Shown here: in pieces, positions 51,168 to 60,941 of the stretch
Numbering within the stretch: position 1 is the stretch's first letter
Layout: the number at the start of each line of letters is the position of its first letter
Source: an uncultured Bacilli bacterium
GTDB taxonomy: Bacteria > Bacillota_I > Bacilli_A > RF39 > UBA660
Direction: 5' to 3'
Assembly (NCBI GenBank): GCA_947628895.1
Contig: CANRBS010000002.1
Coordinates: forward strand, 2,818 to 66,817
DNA length: 64,000 nucleotides
Notes under the pieces: model-generated
What the model was told of the DNA's origin: nothing
Database searches by the model: none
What the model saw: only the letters and a program-made list of their open reading frames with translations
Translations under genes and position numbers: made by a program

Positions 51168-52247
51168 ATGAATATTACCAAGATTGAGTTACTAAATTTT
51201 AGAAACTATAAAAAGAAAAATTTTGATAATTTTTCAAATTTAAACATTATTATAGGTAAAAATGCAGTTGGCAAAACATCTATAATAGAAGCAATATATT
51301 TAGGTAGTTTAGCAAAATCTTTTAAAACAAATAATGATTATGCATTAATTAATAATGATAGTGATTTTTTAAAAATAAAAATACATTATTTTGATTATGG
51401 ACCTAAAAAGAATTTAGAAGTTTATTTAGATAAAAATGGTAAAAAGACTAAAATAAATTCTAAATTACAAAGAAGACTAAGTGATTTTATATCACAATAT
51501 AGAATTATAATGCTATCTCCTGATGAACTTAAATTAATTAAAGCAACTCCTAATACTAGAAGAAATTATTTAAATATTCAAATATCTCAATTACATAAAG
51601 AATACTTACATTATTTAAACAATTATAATAATCTTATTAAAAATAAGAATGATTATTTAAAAAAATTAATGTTGAACAGTAATTTAGATACTAGATATTT
51701 AGATGTATTAGATCAAAAGATAGTTAGTGAAGGATTAAAAATATATGAATATAGAAAGAAGTATATAGAATTAATTAACAAATATATTAATGATATATTC
51801 AAAAACTATGAAAAAAATAATCAAATATTTATCAAATATATAAGTGATTATGAAATAAATGATTATGATAAAATCCTAGCTGAACTAAAGAAAAATAGAA
51901 AAAGAGAAATTAATATTGGTATGACATCAATAGGTGTTCACAGAGATGATTATGAATTTATTCATAATGGTAATAATTCTAAAGAATATAGCTCACAAGG
52001 ACTTCAAAAATTGATTGTTCTTGCTATGAAATTGTCAGAAGTTCAAATATTTGTTAATGATTATGATATAAAACCTATATTACTTCTAGATGATTTGTTT
52101 AGTGAGTTAGATGAAAAAAATAGAAATAATATTTTTAAATCGTTAAATAAAGATATACAAGTATTTATAACAACAACTGATTTAAAAAATATTAATAAAA
52201 GATTAATAGATAAAGCCAAAATATTTAATTTAGATGAGAGGGTGTGA
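51168..52247 (+). CDS. recF: DNA replication and repair protein RecF
   Basis: Walker [10 protein letters not shown], signature SQGLQK, Walker [12 protein letters not shown]. Confidence 0.95.
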   Translation: MNITKIELLNFRNYKKKNFDNFSNLNIIIGKNAVGKTSIIEAIYLGSLAKSFKTNNDYALINNDSDFLKIKIHYFDYGPKKNLEVYLDKNGKKTKINSKLQRRLSDFISQYRIIMLSPDELKLIKATPNTRRNYLNIQISQLHKEYLHYLNNYNNLIKNKNDYLKKLMLNSNLDTRYLDVLDQKIVSEGLKIYEYRKKYIELINKYINDIFKNYEKNNQIFIKYISDYEINDYDKILAELKKNRKREINIGMTSIGVHRDDYEFIHNGNNSKEYSSQGLQKLIVLAMKLSEVQIFVNDYDIKPILLLDDLFSELDEKNRNNIFKSLNKDIQVFITTTDLKNINKRLIDKAKIFNLDERV

Positions 52248-52251
52248 GAAA

Positions 52252-54171
52252 ATGAGTGATGAGTATGGCGTAAATGATATTCAAGTATTAGAAGGGTTAG
52301 AAGCAGTAAGAAAAAGACCAGGTATGTACATAGGTACAACTGATGTTAAAGGACTTCATCATTTAGTATGGGAAATCGTAGATAATGCAATTGATGAAGC
52401 TTTAGCTGGTTATTGTAATAATATTGAAATAATAGTAAATAAAGATAATTCAATAACAGTTAAAGATAATGGTCGTGGTATTCCAGTAGGTATCCATCCA
52501 AAAACAGGAATTTCTACTGTTGAAACTGTTTATACAGTATTACATGCAGGAGGAAAATTTGGTGGAGGTGGATATAAAGTATCTGGTGGACTTCATGGTG
52601 TTGGTGCATCTGTAGTTAATGCCTTATCAAAATGGGTTACAGTAACTGTATATAAAGATGGAAAAATATATGAAACAAAGTTTGCTGATGGTGGAAAAAC
52701 TGTTCAAAAGTTAACTGAAATAGGTGAATGTGAAAAGAATAGAACTGGTACAACTGTTTCATTTAAACCAGATCCTGATATATTTGATACAGATATTTAT
52801 GATTATGAAACATTAAAAACTAGAACTAGAGAACTTGCATTTTTAAATAAAGGATTACAACTAACATTAAGAGATGATAGAGATGAAGAAGATACTCAAG
52901 GTGATAAATTTCTTTATGAAGGTGGAATTAGTGAATATGTAAGATTTATTAATCAAGGAAAAACAGTAATTCATGATGATATTATCCATTTAACTGGTGA
53001 AAAAGATGGAATAGTATTTGAAGTAGCTATGCAATATAATTCTGGATATAATGAAAATACTTATTCATTTGTTAATAATATTAATACACATGATGGTGGT
53101 ACTCATGAAGATGGTGTTAAAAGAGCACTTGTAAGAGTAATAAATTCATATGCTAGAAAAAATAATATATTAAAAGAAAAAGATGATAATTTAACTCAAG
53201 ATGATGTAAAAGAAGGACTTACAATGATTATATCTTGTAAGCATCCAAACCCTCAATTTGAAGGGCAAACAAAAGGAAGACTTGGAAATAGTGAAGTTAA
53301 AAATCTAGCAGATAGTGTATTTTCTGAAGGTTTTGAACAATTTTTATTAGAAAATCCAGAGGATGCAAGAATTATTATAAATAAAGCAGTTCTTGCTAGA
53401 AATGCAAGAATGGCTGCTAAAAAAGCAAGAGAAGCTACAAGAAAGAGTGATTTAGCAACAACTAATTTCTTTGGTAAATTATCAGATTGTAAGAGTAAAG
53501 ACCCAACAATTTCAGAAATATTTATAGTCGAGGGAGATTCAGCCGGTGGATCTGCTAAAAAAGGTAGAGATTCAATGACACAAGCAATTCTTCCACTTAG
53601 AGGAAAAATATTAAATGTAGAAAAAGCAAGACTTGATAAAGCACTTGGAAATGAAGAAATTAAAACTATAATAACTGCATTTGGTACTGGAATAGGTGAA
53701 TATTTTGATTTATCTAAATTAAGATATGACAAAATTATAATAATGACCGATGCTGATGTTGATGGTTCACATATTAGAGTATTATTATTAACATTATTTT
53801 ATAGATTCTTTAGACCAATTGTTGAAGCAGGACATGTATATGCAGCACAACCACCATTGTTTAGAATTATGCATGGTAAAACAAGAAAATATGTGTTAGA
53901 TTTACAAGAAAAAGAAGAATATTTAGCATCTTTACCTGAAAATGTAAGAAGTCGTGCTGAAATAGCTCGTATGAAAGGTTTAGGAGAGATGGATGCTGAA
54001 GAATTAAATGAAACAACAATGGATATAAATAAAAGAGTTTTAAGAAGAATAACAGTTAATGATTGTATAGCAGCAGATGCTATATTTGAAAAACTTATGG
54101 GTGATGAAGTAGAACCAAGACGAGCATTTATAGAAGAAAATGCAATTAATGTTAAGAATTTAGATATATAG
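52252..54171 (+). CDS. gyrB: DNA gyrase subunit B
   Basis: [39 protein letters not shown]. Start at MSDEYG just after the recF stop. Confidence 0.97.
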   Translation: MSDEYGVNDIQVLEGLEAVRKRPGMYIGTTDVKGLHHLVWEIVDNAIDEALAGYCNNIEIIVNKDNSITVKDNGRGIPVGIHPKTGISTVETVYTVLHAGGKFGGGGYKVSGGLHGVGASVVNALSKWVTVTVYKDGKIYETKFADGGKTVQKLTEIGECEKNRTGTTVSFKPDPDIFDTDIYDYETLKTRTRELAFLNKGLQLTLRDDRDEEDTQGDKFLYEGGISEYVRFINQGKTVIHDDIIHLTGEKDGIVFEVAMQYNSGYNENTYSFVNNINTHDGGTHEDGVKRALVRVINSYARKNNILKEKDDNLTQDDVKEGLTMIISCKHPNPQFEGQTKGRLGNSEVKNLADSVFSEGFEQFLLENPEDARIIINKAVLARNARMAAKKAREATRKSDLATTNFFGKLSDCKSKDPTISEIFIVEGDSAGGSAKKGRDSMTQAILPLRGKILNVEKARLDKALGNEEIKTIITAFGTGIGEYFDLSKLRYDKIIIMTDADVDGSHIRVLLLTLFYRFFRPIVEAGHVYAAQPPLFRIMHGKTRKYVLDLQEKEEYLASLPENVRSRAEIARMKGLGEMDAEELNETTMDINKRVLRRITVNDCIAADAIFEKLMGDEVEPRRAFIEENAINVKNLDI

Positions 54172-54181
54172 GAGGTTTATA

Positions 54182-56740
54182 ATGGATAGTGAAGAATTAA
54201 ATAATAATGAAAATACAGAATTAGAAGAAACAGAAGAAACTGAATCATTAGAAAATGTTGAAAATAGTGAAGAAAATAATGATTTTGGTGGAACTTTTCA
54301 TGAAAGAGATTCACATAGAGAAAATAATATTGTAGATGAAGTCAAAGATTCTTTCTTAAATTATTCAATGAGTGTTATTACTTCTCGTGCAATACCAGAT
54401 TTAAGAGATGGTTTAAAACCAGTTCACAGAAGAATCTTATGGTCAATGTTTGAAGAAGGAAATACCCCTGATAAACCTCATAGAAAATCAGCAACTACAG
54501 TAGGTAATGTTATGGGTCATTACCATCCACATGGTGACTCATCAATATATGATGCTATGGTTCGTTTAGCACAAGATTTTAATCAAAGATATATGCTTGT
54601 TGATGGACATGGTAACTTTGGTAATATTGAAGGTGATGGACCTGCTGCATATCGTTATACAGAAGCAAGACTTGCTAAAATATCATTAGAATTATTAAGA
54701 GATATTAACAAAGATACTGTTGATATGGATTTAAACTTTGATGAAACCAGAAAAGAACCAAAAGTATTACCATCAAGATTTCCTAATATATTAGTTAATG
54801 GTTCAATGGGTATTGCTGTTGGTATGGCAACAAATATTCCACCACATAATTTAACAGAAGTTATTGATGGATGCATTGCTTATATTGATAATCCAGATAT
54901 TGATACTGATGGATTAATGCAATATATTAAAGGTCCAGATTTTCCAACAGGTGGTATTATTTTAGGAAATTCTGGTATTAAAAAAGCATATGAAACAGGT
55001 AGAGGTTCTATAACAATTAGAAGTAGAGCTGAAATAGAAGAACATAATGGACATAACACAATTGTATTTACTGAAGTTCCATATGGTGTTAATACACAAG
55101 AGTTAAAGGATAAAGTAGCAGAACTTGTAAGAGATAAAGTAATTGATGGAATAACAGATTATCATACAGATTTAAAAGATGGTGTAAAAATTACAATTAC
55201 ATTAAAAAGAGATGCGAATGCTCAAGTAGTTTTAAATAATTTATATAAACATACATCATTTCAAACAAATTATGGAATTATATTCTTAATGTTAGATGGT
55301 TTAACACCAAAAACTTTAGGATTAAAATCAATTATTTCTAAATATATAGATCATCAAAAAGAAATTATTATTAGAAGAACAAAATTTGATTTAATTAAAG
55401 ATGAAAAAAGAGTTCACATCTTAAATGGTTATAAAATAGCACAAGATAATATTGATGAAGTAGTTAAAATTATTAGAAATGCTTTAGATGATGCTGATGC
55501 TAAAGAAAAATTAATGTCAAGATTTGGATTAGATGAAATACAATCTGATGCAATATTAGAATTGAAATTAAGAAGATTAACTGGTTTAGAAAGAGATAAA
55601 ATTGAAGAAGAATTACAAAATCTATTAAAAGAAATAGAAGAATTAAAGTCAATTTTAGCTAGTGAAGAAAAAGTTCTTGAAATAATTAAGAAAGAAATGC
55701 TTGAAATTAAGAATAAATATGGTGATGAAAGAAGAACAACAATTGATATGACAGCTATTGAATATATAGAAGATGAAGCATTAATTCCACAAGAAGATGT
55801 AATTGTTACATTAACTAACAAGAATTATATTAAGAGAATTTCAAAAGATACATATAAAGCTCAACATAGAGGTGGTGTTGGAATTAAAGGTATTACTACT
55901 ACTGAAGAAGACTATGTTGAACAATTAATTTCATTAAATACACATGATAATTTATTATTCTTCTCAAATAAAGGTAAAGTCTATAGAATGAAAGGTTATG
56001 CAATTCCTGAATATTCTAGAGTTGGAAAAGGTTTACCAATAGTTAACTTATTATCATTAGAAAAAGATGAAAAAATTAATACAATGTTAAAAGTAGAAAA
56101 AGATATTTCAAACAAATGTTTGTTGTTTAGTACAAAAAATGGTCTTGTTAAACGAACTTTATTAAGTGAGTTTGATAATATAAGACAAAGTGGAAAAATA
56201 GCTATTACATTAAAAGAAAATGATGAATTAATTTCAGTTAAATTGGCAGATGAAAATAGTCAAGTATTAATGTGTTCATCAAATGGTAGAATGGTAAGAT
56301 TTAATGTTAATGAAATTAGAATAATGGGTAGAACAGCAGCAGGAGTTAGAGGTATTAATCTTAATAATGATATTTGTGTTGGATCTGAAGTATCTGAACC
56401 AGGTAAACTATTATTGGTAGTTACAGAAAATGGTTATGGAAAGAAAACGATTATTGAAGATTATAGAGAAACTAAGAGAGGAAGTAAAGGTGTTAAAACA
56501 CTAAATATTACTGAGAAGAATGGAAAAATAGTTAGCTTCAAATCTACAAATAATAATGAAGATTTAATGATAATAACAAATAATGGAATTATTATTAGAT
56601 TAGATGTTAATGCAATTTCTCAAATGGGTAGAGTTACTCAAGGCGTTAAATTAATTAATCTAAAAGATGATAATAAAGTTGCTTCAATATCATTAGTTGA
56701 AAAAGAAGAAGTAGAAGAAGAATCAGAATTAAATGATTAA
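54182..56740 (+). CDS. gyrA: DNA gyrase subunit A
   Basis: Active-site Tyr motif AAYRYTEARL; beta-pinwheel C-terminal domain; acidic tail. Confidence 0.97.
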   Translation: MDSEELNNNENTELEETEETESLENVENSEENNDFGGTFHERDSHRENNIVDEVKDSFLNYSMSVITSRAIPDLRDGLKPVHRRILWSMFEEGNTPDKPHRKSATTVGNVMGHYHPHGDSSIYDAMVRLAQDFNQRYMLVDGHGNFGNIEGDGPAAYRYTEARLAKISLELLRDINKDTVDMDLNFDETRKEPKVLPSRFPNILVNGSMGIAVGMATNIPPHNLTEVIDGCIAYIDNPDIDTDGLMQYIKGPDFPTGGIILGNSGIKKAYETGRGSITIRSRAEIEEHNGHNTIVFTEVPYGVNTQELKDKVAELVRDKVIDGITDYHTDLKDGVKITITLKRDANAQVVLNNLYKHTSFQTNYGIIFLMLDGLTPKTLGLKSIISKYIDHQKEIIIRRTKFDLIKDEKRVHILNGYKIAQDNIDEVVKIIRNALDDADAKEKLMSRFGLDEIQSDAILELKLRRLTGLERDKIEEELQNLLKEIEELKSILASEEKVLEIIKKEMLEIKNKYGDERRTTIDMTAIEYIEDEALIPQEDVIVTLTNKNYIKRISKDTYKAQHRGGVGIKGITTTEEDYVEQLISLNTHDNLLFFSNKGKVYRMKGYAIPEYSRVGKGLPIVNLLSLEKDEKINTMLKVEKDISNKCLLFSTKNGLVKRTLLSEFDNIRQSGKIAITLKENDELISVKLADENSQVLMCSSNGRMVRFNVNEIRIMGRTAAGVRGINLNNDICVGSEVSEPGKLLLVVTENGYGKKTIIEDYRETKRGSKGVKTLNITEKNGKIVSFKSTNNNEDLMIITNNGIIIRLDVNAISQMGRVTQGVKLINLKDDNKVASISLVEKEEVEEESELND

Positions 56741-56810
56741 GTTACAACAGATAATAATGTGAATAAAAAAACTGATGAACAAGAAAATAACTAATTAAAA
56801 ATATAAAAAA

Positions 56811-56826
56811 TATTTCCCGGGAAATA
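56811..56826. promoter_or_regulatory. Noc-binding-site palindrome (NBS-1); may double as the gyrA terminator
   Basis: Exact TATTTCCCGGGAAATA inside the 26 bp palindrome AAAAATATTTCCCGGGAAATATTTTT, followed by a T-run. Confidence 0.7.
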
Positions 56827-56863
56827 TTTTTTATTTTATCTGAACAAAAATTAATGTGAAAAT

Positions 56864-56879
56864 TATTTCCCGGGAAATA
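56864..56879. promoter_or_regulatory. Noc-binding-site palindrome (NBS-2)
   Basis: Exact TATTTCCCGGGAAATA inside AAAATTATTTCCCGGGAAATAATTTT. Confidence 0.7.
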
Positions 56880-56991
56880 ATTTTTGTGAAGCTAGAATTT
56901 AAAATAAAAATAATTTTGTATTTCTAATGTGAAAATTCAATTGTGAAAATTGTGAAATTTTTAGTAATTAATGTAAAAATATATATGAAAT

Positions 56992-57007
56992 TATTTCCCG
57001 GGAAATA
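56992..57007. promoter_or_regulatory. Noc-binding-site palindrome (NBS-3)
   Basis: Exact TATTTCCCGGGAAATA inside the 28 bp palindrome TGAAATTATTTCCCGGGAAATAATTTCA. Confidence 0.7.
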
Positions 57008-57205
57008 ATTTCACAATAAAAAGTAATAGTTTTTATTGTGAAATTTGTAAAAATTTAATTAAGTCATACAGTGATAGATACATTGTATTATTTATTATAA
57101 ATATAGTGTGAGATTATTAAATTGTGTAAAGTAAAATTTATAATAATTCTTTATTTTAAATTTATACAAATAAAAATATTAAAATTCAGTAAACAAAAGT
57201 GAAAT

Positions 57206-57221
57206 TATTTCCCGGGAAATA
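57206..57221. promoter_or_regulatory. Noc-binding-site palindrome (NBS-4)
   Basis: Exact TATTTCCCGGGAAATA inside the same 28 bp palindrome as NBS-3. Confidence 0.7.
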
Positions 57222-57294
57222 ATTTCAAAGCAAACATTTTATAAAAAAATATATTTCATACTTTTATGATTTATTATTTTAAAAATATTTGTTT

Positions 57295-57310
57295 TGTTTC
57301 ACGTGAAACA
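57295..57310. promoter_or_regulatory. parS site 1
   Basis: Exact TGTTTCACGTGAAACA, the perfect palindromic form of the B. subtilis parS consensus TGTTNCACGTGAAACA. Confidence 0.85.
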
Positions 57311-57477
57311 TTTATATAAAATTAAAAATTGTTCTAAAATTTTAAATAATTACAATAAATAGTAAATAAATTAAGTAATATAATCAATATAATTAATAAA
57401 TTTAATTAGTATTATATTGATATAGTAATTATTAATATAGTAAAATTTTAATAAAAAATATAAAGAAATGTAAAAAT

Positions 57478-57493
57478 TATTTCCCGGGAAATA
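57478..57493. promoter_or_regulatory. Noc-binding-site palindrome (NBS-5)
   Basis: Exact TATTTCCCGGGAAATA inside AAAATTATTTCCCGGGAAATAATTTT. Confidence 0.7.
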
Positions 57494-57530
57494 ATTTTCA
57501 ATAAACACAAAATTCAAACAGTAAAAATAA

Positions 57531-57559
57531 TTGATATTAAAATTAATTTATAGTATAAT
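57531..57559 (+). promoter_or_regulatory. SRP RNA promoter
   Basis: TTGATA (57531-57536), a 17 nt spacer, then TATAAT (57554-57559). Confidence 0.7.
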
Positions 57560-57564
57560 TTATT

Positions 57565-57643
57565 TGTGCAACAAGTCTAATATGAAACAGGTCAGAATTG
57601 GAAAATAGCAGCCTTAAGTATGAAACTTGTGTGCACATTTTTT
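57565..57643 (+). ncRNA. ffs: Small (4.5S-type) signal recognition particle RNA
   Basis: CAGGUCAGAAUUGGAAAAUAGCAGCC aligns with the E. coli 4.5S domain IV CAGGUCAGGUCCGGAAGGAAGCAGCC, with compensatory AUU/AAU in place of UCC/GGA around the GGAA loop. A 12 bp closing helix TGTGCAACAAGT/ACTTGTGTGCACA is followed by a T-run. In B. subtilis the SRP RNA gene (scr) lies between tadA and dnaX; here ffs lies just upstream of tadA, so the neighbourhood matches but the order differs. Confidence 0.85.
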
Positions 57644-57658
57644 ATTGAAATTAAATTT

Positions 57659-57674
57659 TGTTTCACGTGAAACA
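57659..57674. promoter_or_regulatory. parS site 2
   Basis: Exact TGTTTCACGTGAAACA with the same flanks (TTTTG...TTTATA) as parS site 1. Confidence 0.85.
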
Positions 57675-57706
57675 TTTATAAAACTTTACAAGTAAATGTG
57701 AAAAAT

Positions 57707-57722
57707 TATTTCCCGGGAAATA
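57707..57722. promoter_or_regulatory. Noc-binding-site palindrome (NBS-6)
   Basis: Exact TATTTCCCGGGAAATA; the copy of NBS-2 within direct repeat B. Confidence 0.7.
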
Positions 57723-57834
57723 ATTTTTGTGAAGCTAGAATTTAAAATAAAAATAATTTTATATTTCTAATGTGAAAATTCAATTGTGAAAATTGTGAAA
57801 TTTTTAGTAATTAATGTAAAAATATATATGAAAT

Positions 57835-57850
57835 TATTTCCCGGGAAATA
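57835..57850. promoter_or_regulatory. Noc-binding-site palindrome (NBS-7)
   Basis: Exact TATTTCCCGGGAAATA; the copy of NBS-3 within direct repeat B, 20 bp before the tadA start. Confidence 0.7.
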
Positions 57851-57870
57851 ATTTCACAATAAAAAGGTAG

Positions 57871-58278
57871 GTGAAATACTTGAATATTTGTGAATTTTTA
57901 AAAAAATTAAATAATAAAACATTAAAAAATGAAGATGTACCTGTTTCATGTGTTATTGTGAAAAATAATAAAATTATATCTAAATCATATAATCAAAGAG
58001 TTAAAAAAAATAATCCTCTAGCACATGCAGAAATATTAGCAATACAAAAAGCATCTAAAAAATTAAATACATATAATTTAAGTGATTGTGAATTATATGT
58101 AACATTAAAGCCATGTAAAATGTGTGAAGAAGTAATCAAATCTGCAAAAATACAAAAAGTATATTATTTTTTAGATCAAAATAAGGTTGCTAATAACAAA
58201 ATTAATTACAAAAAATTAGAAGATCAAAATGAGTATTTTTATAAGGAATTAACTGAATTTTTTAAAGATAAAAGATAG
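57871..58278 (+). CDS. tadA: tRNA-specific adenosine deaminase
   Basis: CDA Zn motifs HAE and PCKMC. GTG start as given in the ORF track, so the exact start is uncertain. Confidence 0.85.
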   Translation: MKYLNICEFLKKLNNKTLKNEDVPVSCVIVKNNKIISKSYNQRVKKNNPLAHAEILAIQKASKKLNTYNLSDCELYVTLKPCKMCEEVIKSAKIQKVYYFLDQNKVANNKINYKKLEDQNEYFYKELTEFFKDKR

Positions 58279-58323
58279 TAAAAATTAATAAAATTTGATA
58301 TAATTATTTCGGAGGTATCAATT

Positions 58324-59994
58324 ATGTCATACATTTCATTATATAGAAAATATAGACCCCATAAATTTAAAGATGTAGTTGGTCAAAATGTCGTTGTTAA
58401 AATACTTGAAAATAGTATTTTAAATAATAAAATAGGTCATGCTTATATTTTTAGTGGACCAAGGGGGACAGGTAAGACAAGTATAGCTAAAATATTTGCA
58501 AGAGCAGTAAATTGCTTAAATTCAACTGATGGTGATGTTTGTGGTGAATGTGATTCATGCAAATCTAATATAGAAGAAGAACTAGATATAGTTGAAATAG
58601 ATGCTGCTAGTAACAATGGTGTTGATGAAATAAGAGAAATTACTAACAATGTTAAACTTATGCCTAGTAATTTAAAATATAGAATATATATAATAGATGA
58701 AGTTCATATGTTATCAACAAGTGCATTTAATGCTTTATTAAAGACATTAGAAGAACCACCTGCACATGCAATATTTATTCTAGCAACAACTGAAGTTAAT
58801 AAGATTCCAGCAACAGTTATTTCTAGATGCCAAAAATTTGATTTTAAAAAAATAAATGAAAAAGATATTGTTAATAGGTTAAAATTTATTTTAGAAAGTG
58901 AAAATAGAAAATTAGATGATAGTATCATAAATACTATTGCAAAATTAAGTGATGGTGGACTTAGAGATGCAATTAACTTATTAGATCAAGCTTTATCTTT
59001 AAATAAAGAAGATATTACAGTAGATGATATATATAATTTAATTGGTGATATTAATGAAAATGCCGTATTTGATATATTAACAGCAATTACATCTGGTAAT
59101 ATTAAAGATGTTATTAAAATAGTAAATCAATACTATGAATCAGGAAAAAATTTTATTAAAGTATGTGAAAAATTAGAAATACTTATAAAAGATATATTAA
59201 TTTATAATAATACAGAAAATTATTTTGATAAAGAATATGAAGATAAACTATCAAATTATTCAAGAATAGATACAGATTTATTTATTGAATTGTCAACACA
59301 ATTATTTGATTTAAATTATGATTTAAAGAAAAGCAATAATCAAAAGACAGTAGCTGAAATTTATTTAATAAAAATGACACTTCTTTTTATAGAAAAAACA
59401 AATACACCAAAAGCAATATCAACTAAAGAAGATGATAACATACAAATACAAGAAATAGCTGAAAACACAAACAAAACCGTTAATAAAAAGCAAGAAACAG
59501 AAACAGAAGAATCTAGTGAATTAGATGAATTGTTAATAGAAAATAAAAAAATAAATATAAACAATTGTTTGTATAATGCTAATAAACAATTAAAAAATGA
59601 ATTTGTTAATAACTTTGTTTCAATAAAAGAATTCGTAACAAATAAAAAATACAATTCAATAGCAAATTTATTATTGAAGTCAACTCCAGAAGTTGTTGGT
59701 GAAACTAACATCTTATTCACATTTAAAAATAATTTTGAAGTAGTATTATTTGAAAAAAATATAAATGAAATAGTAAAATTATTGAAAATGATATATAATA
59801 AAGATTATGTGGTAGTAGCAGTAACAACTGATGAGTGGAATGATATAAAAGCTGAATATATTAAAAACATTAATTCAGGTAAAAAATATGAATATCAAGA
59901 ATTAAAAAAAATACCACAAAAAAAGAAAAAAAGCACTGAATTGCAAGAAAGTATTGAAAGTATATTTGGTGAAGAATATATAAGTGAAGATTGA
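58324..59994 (+). CDS. dnaX: DNA polymerase III subunit tau/gamma
   Basis: Walker A GPRGTGKTS, Zn module CGECDSC, SRCQKF sensor motif. Confidence 0.95.
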   Translation: MSYISLYRKYRPHKFKDVVGQNVVVKILENSILNNKIGHAYIFSGPRGTGKTSIAKIFARAVNCLNSTDGDVCGECDSCKSNIEEELDIVEIDAASNNGVDEIREITNNVKLMPSNLKYRIYIIDEVHMLSTSAFNALLKTLEEPPAHAIFILATTEVNKIPATVISRCQKFDFKKINEKDIVNRLKFILESENRKLDDSIINTIAKLSDGGLRDAINLLDQALSLNKEDITVDDIYNLIGDINENAVFDILTAITSGNIKDVIKIVNQYYESGKNFIKVCEKLEILIKDILIYNNTENYFDKEYEDKLSNYSRIDTDLFIELSTQLFDLNYDLKKSNNQKTVAEIYLIKMTLLFIEKTNTPKAISTKEDDNIQIQEIAENTNKTVNKKQETETEESSELDELLIENKKININNCLYNANKQLKNEFVNNFVSIKEFVTNKKYNSIANLLLKSTPEVVGETNILFTFKNNFEVVLFEKNINEIVKLLKMIYNKDYVVVAVTTDEWNDIKAEYIKNINSGKKYEYQELKKIPQKKKKSTELQESIESIFGEEYISED

Positions 59995-60009
59995 AAGGAA
60001 TGAGAAAAT

Positions 60010-60303
60010 ATGAATATACAAGCTATGATGGCTCAAGCAAGAAAATTACAAAAAGACATTGAAAAAACTACAGGAGAAATAGAAAATTCTACATTTACAT
60101 ATGAAAATGAAAACATATTAGTAGAATGCTTAGGAACTAATGAAATAAAGAAAATTAATATCAAAAATGAATCTATTTTAGAAGATAAAGAAATGTTAGA
60201 AGATATAGTATTAGTTGCTATAAATGATGTACTAAATCAAGTAAAGAAAGAAAAAGAAAATAAATTAGGTAAATATGCTAGTGGCCTTGGAGGAATATTA
60301 TAA
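60010..60303 (+). CDS. ybaB: YbaB/EbfC nucleoid-associated protein
   Basis: MNIQAMMAQARKLQKDIEK start; conserved position between dnaX and recR. Confidence 0.9.
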   Translation: MNIQAMMAQARKLQKDIEKTTGEIENSTFTYENENILVECLGTNEIKKINIKNESILEDKEMLEDIVLVAINDVLNQVKKEKENKLGKYASGLGGIL

Positions 60304-60306
60304 TCT

Positions 60307-60903
60307 ATGGCTTTACCTAAAAGTTTTCAAGATTTAGTAAACAATTTAACTATCTTACCAGGTGTAGGTGAAAAAACTGCAGAAAGATATGTTTATTCAC
60401 TATATGAAAGAGACACACAAGAAATAGAAAATTTATCTAATTCATTAATTGAATTTAAAAAAAATATTAGAAACTGTACTACTTGTGGATGCTTAAGTGA
60501 TAGTGACATATGTGAAATATGTAGTGATAATACAAGAGATAAAACTACAATTTGCATAGTAGAAGACTCAAAAAGTGTATTTTCTATTGAAAAAACTAAA
60601 AAATATAATGGCTATTACCATGTTTTAAATGGCCTAATTTCACCAATTGAAGGAATTAATCCAGAAGATTTAAACATTAGTACACTAATTAGTAGAATAA
60701 CTGATGCCGTAAAAGAAATAATCATAGCATTAAATCCATCAATAGAAGGTGAAGTTACATCATTATATATTCAAAAAATATTAGAAAAATACAATGTAAA
60801 AGTATCTAGACTATCTTATGGTATTCCAATGGGTAGTGATATTGAATATTTAGATCCAATAATGATATCAAAAGCTTGGGATGATAGAAAAGTAATATCA
60901 TAA
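60307..60903 (+). CDS. recR: Recombination protein RecR
   Basis: HhH (LPGVGEKTAERY), Zn finger CTTCG..CEIC, Toprim domain. Confidence 0.95.
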   Translation: MALPKSFQDLVNNLTILPGVGEKTAERYVYSLYERDTQEIENLSNSLIEFKKNIRNCTTCGCLSDSDICEICSDNTRDKTTICIVEDSKSVFSIEKTKKYNGYYHVLNGLISPIEGINPEDLNISTLISRITDAVKEIIIALNPSIEGEVTSLYIQKILEKYNVKVSRLSYGIPMGSDIEYLDPIMISKAWDDRKVIS

Positions 60904-60941
60904 ATTAATATATAATTCATATTGTAAATTAAGGAGCAAAT

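Larger units (their letters stand above)
56854..57023 (+). repeat. Direct repeat copy A (170 bp, carries NBS-2 and NBS-3)
   Basis: Differs from 57696..57866 only by one extra A in an A-run and one G/A substitution (TTTTGTATTTC vs TTTTATATTTC). Confidence 0.9.
57696..57866 (+). repeat. Direct repeat copy B (171 bp, carries NBS-6 and NBS-7)
   Basis: See copy A. The two NBS are 128 bp apart in both copies. Confidence 0.9.

Noticed and set aside
53253-53732. 159 aa ORF antisense to gyrB
   Set aside because: Shadow ORF within gyrB. The same reasoning applies to the antisense ORFs at 54655..54876 and 55429..55821 (in gyrA); 58443..58649, 58704..58928 and 59361..59720 (in dnaX); 48244..48516 and 48814..49095 (in dnaN); and 52061..52339 (recF/gyrB).
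56806-57855. CRISPR array interpretation of the repeated TTTCCCGGGAAA palindromes
   Set aside because: Spacing between copies is irregular (53, 128, 214, 272, 229, 128 bp). The repeats are perfect palindromes identical to a known protein-binding site. Part of the pattern comes from a 170 bp duplication. No cas genes or leader are present.
56806-57855. Palindromes as nothing more than Rho-independent terminators
   Set aside because: NBS-1 directly after gyrA, and the copies followed by T-runs, could terminate transcription, so I kept this as a caveat. Seven copies in an ORF-free kilobase is more than termination explains. So are the exact identity to the 16 bp NBS, the co-occurrence with parS and a Noc-type gene nearby.
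56854-57866. 170 bp repeats as ends of an insertion sequence or MITE
   Set aside because: The repeats are direct, not inverted. No transposase lies between them, only ffs, parS and NBS. No target-site duplication was seen.
56741-57870. rRNA operon expected after gyrA by B. subtilis synteny
   Set aside because: No 16S/23S/5S or tRNA-like sequence is present. The spacer is 1.1 kb of AT-rich DNA plus ffs.
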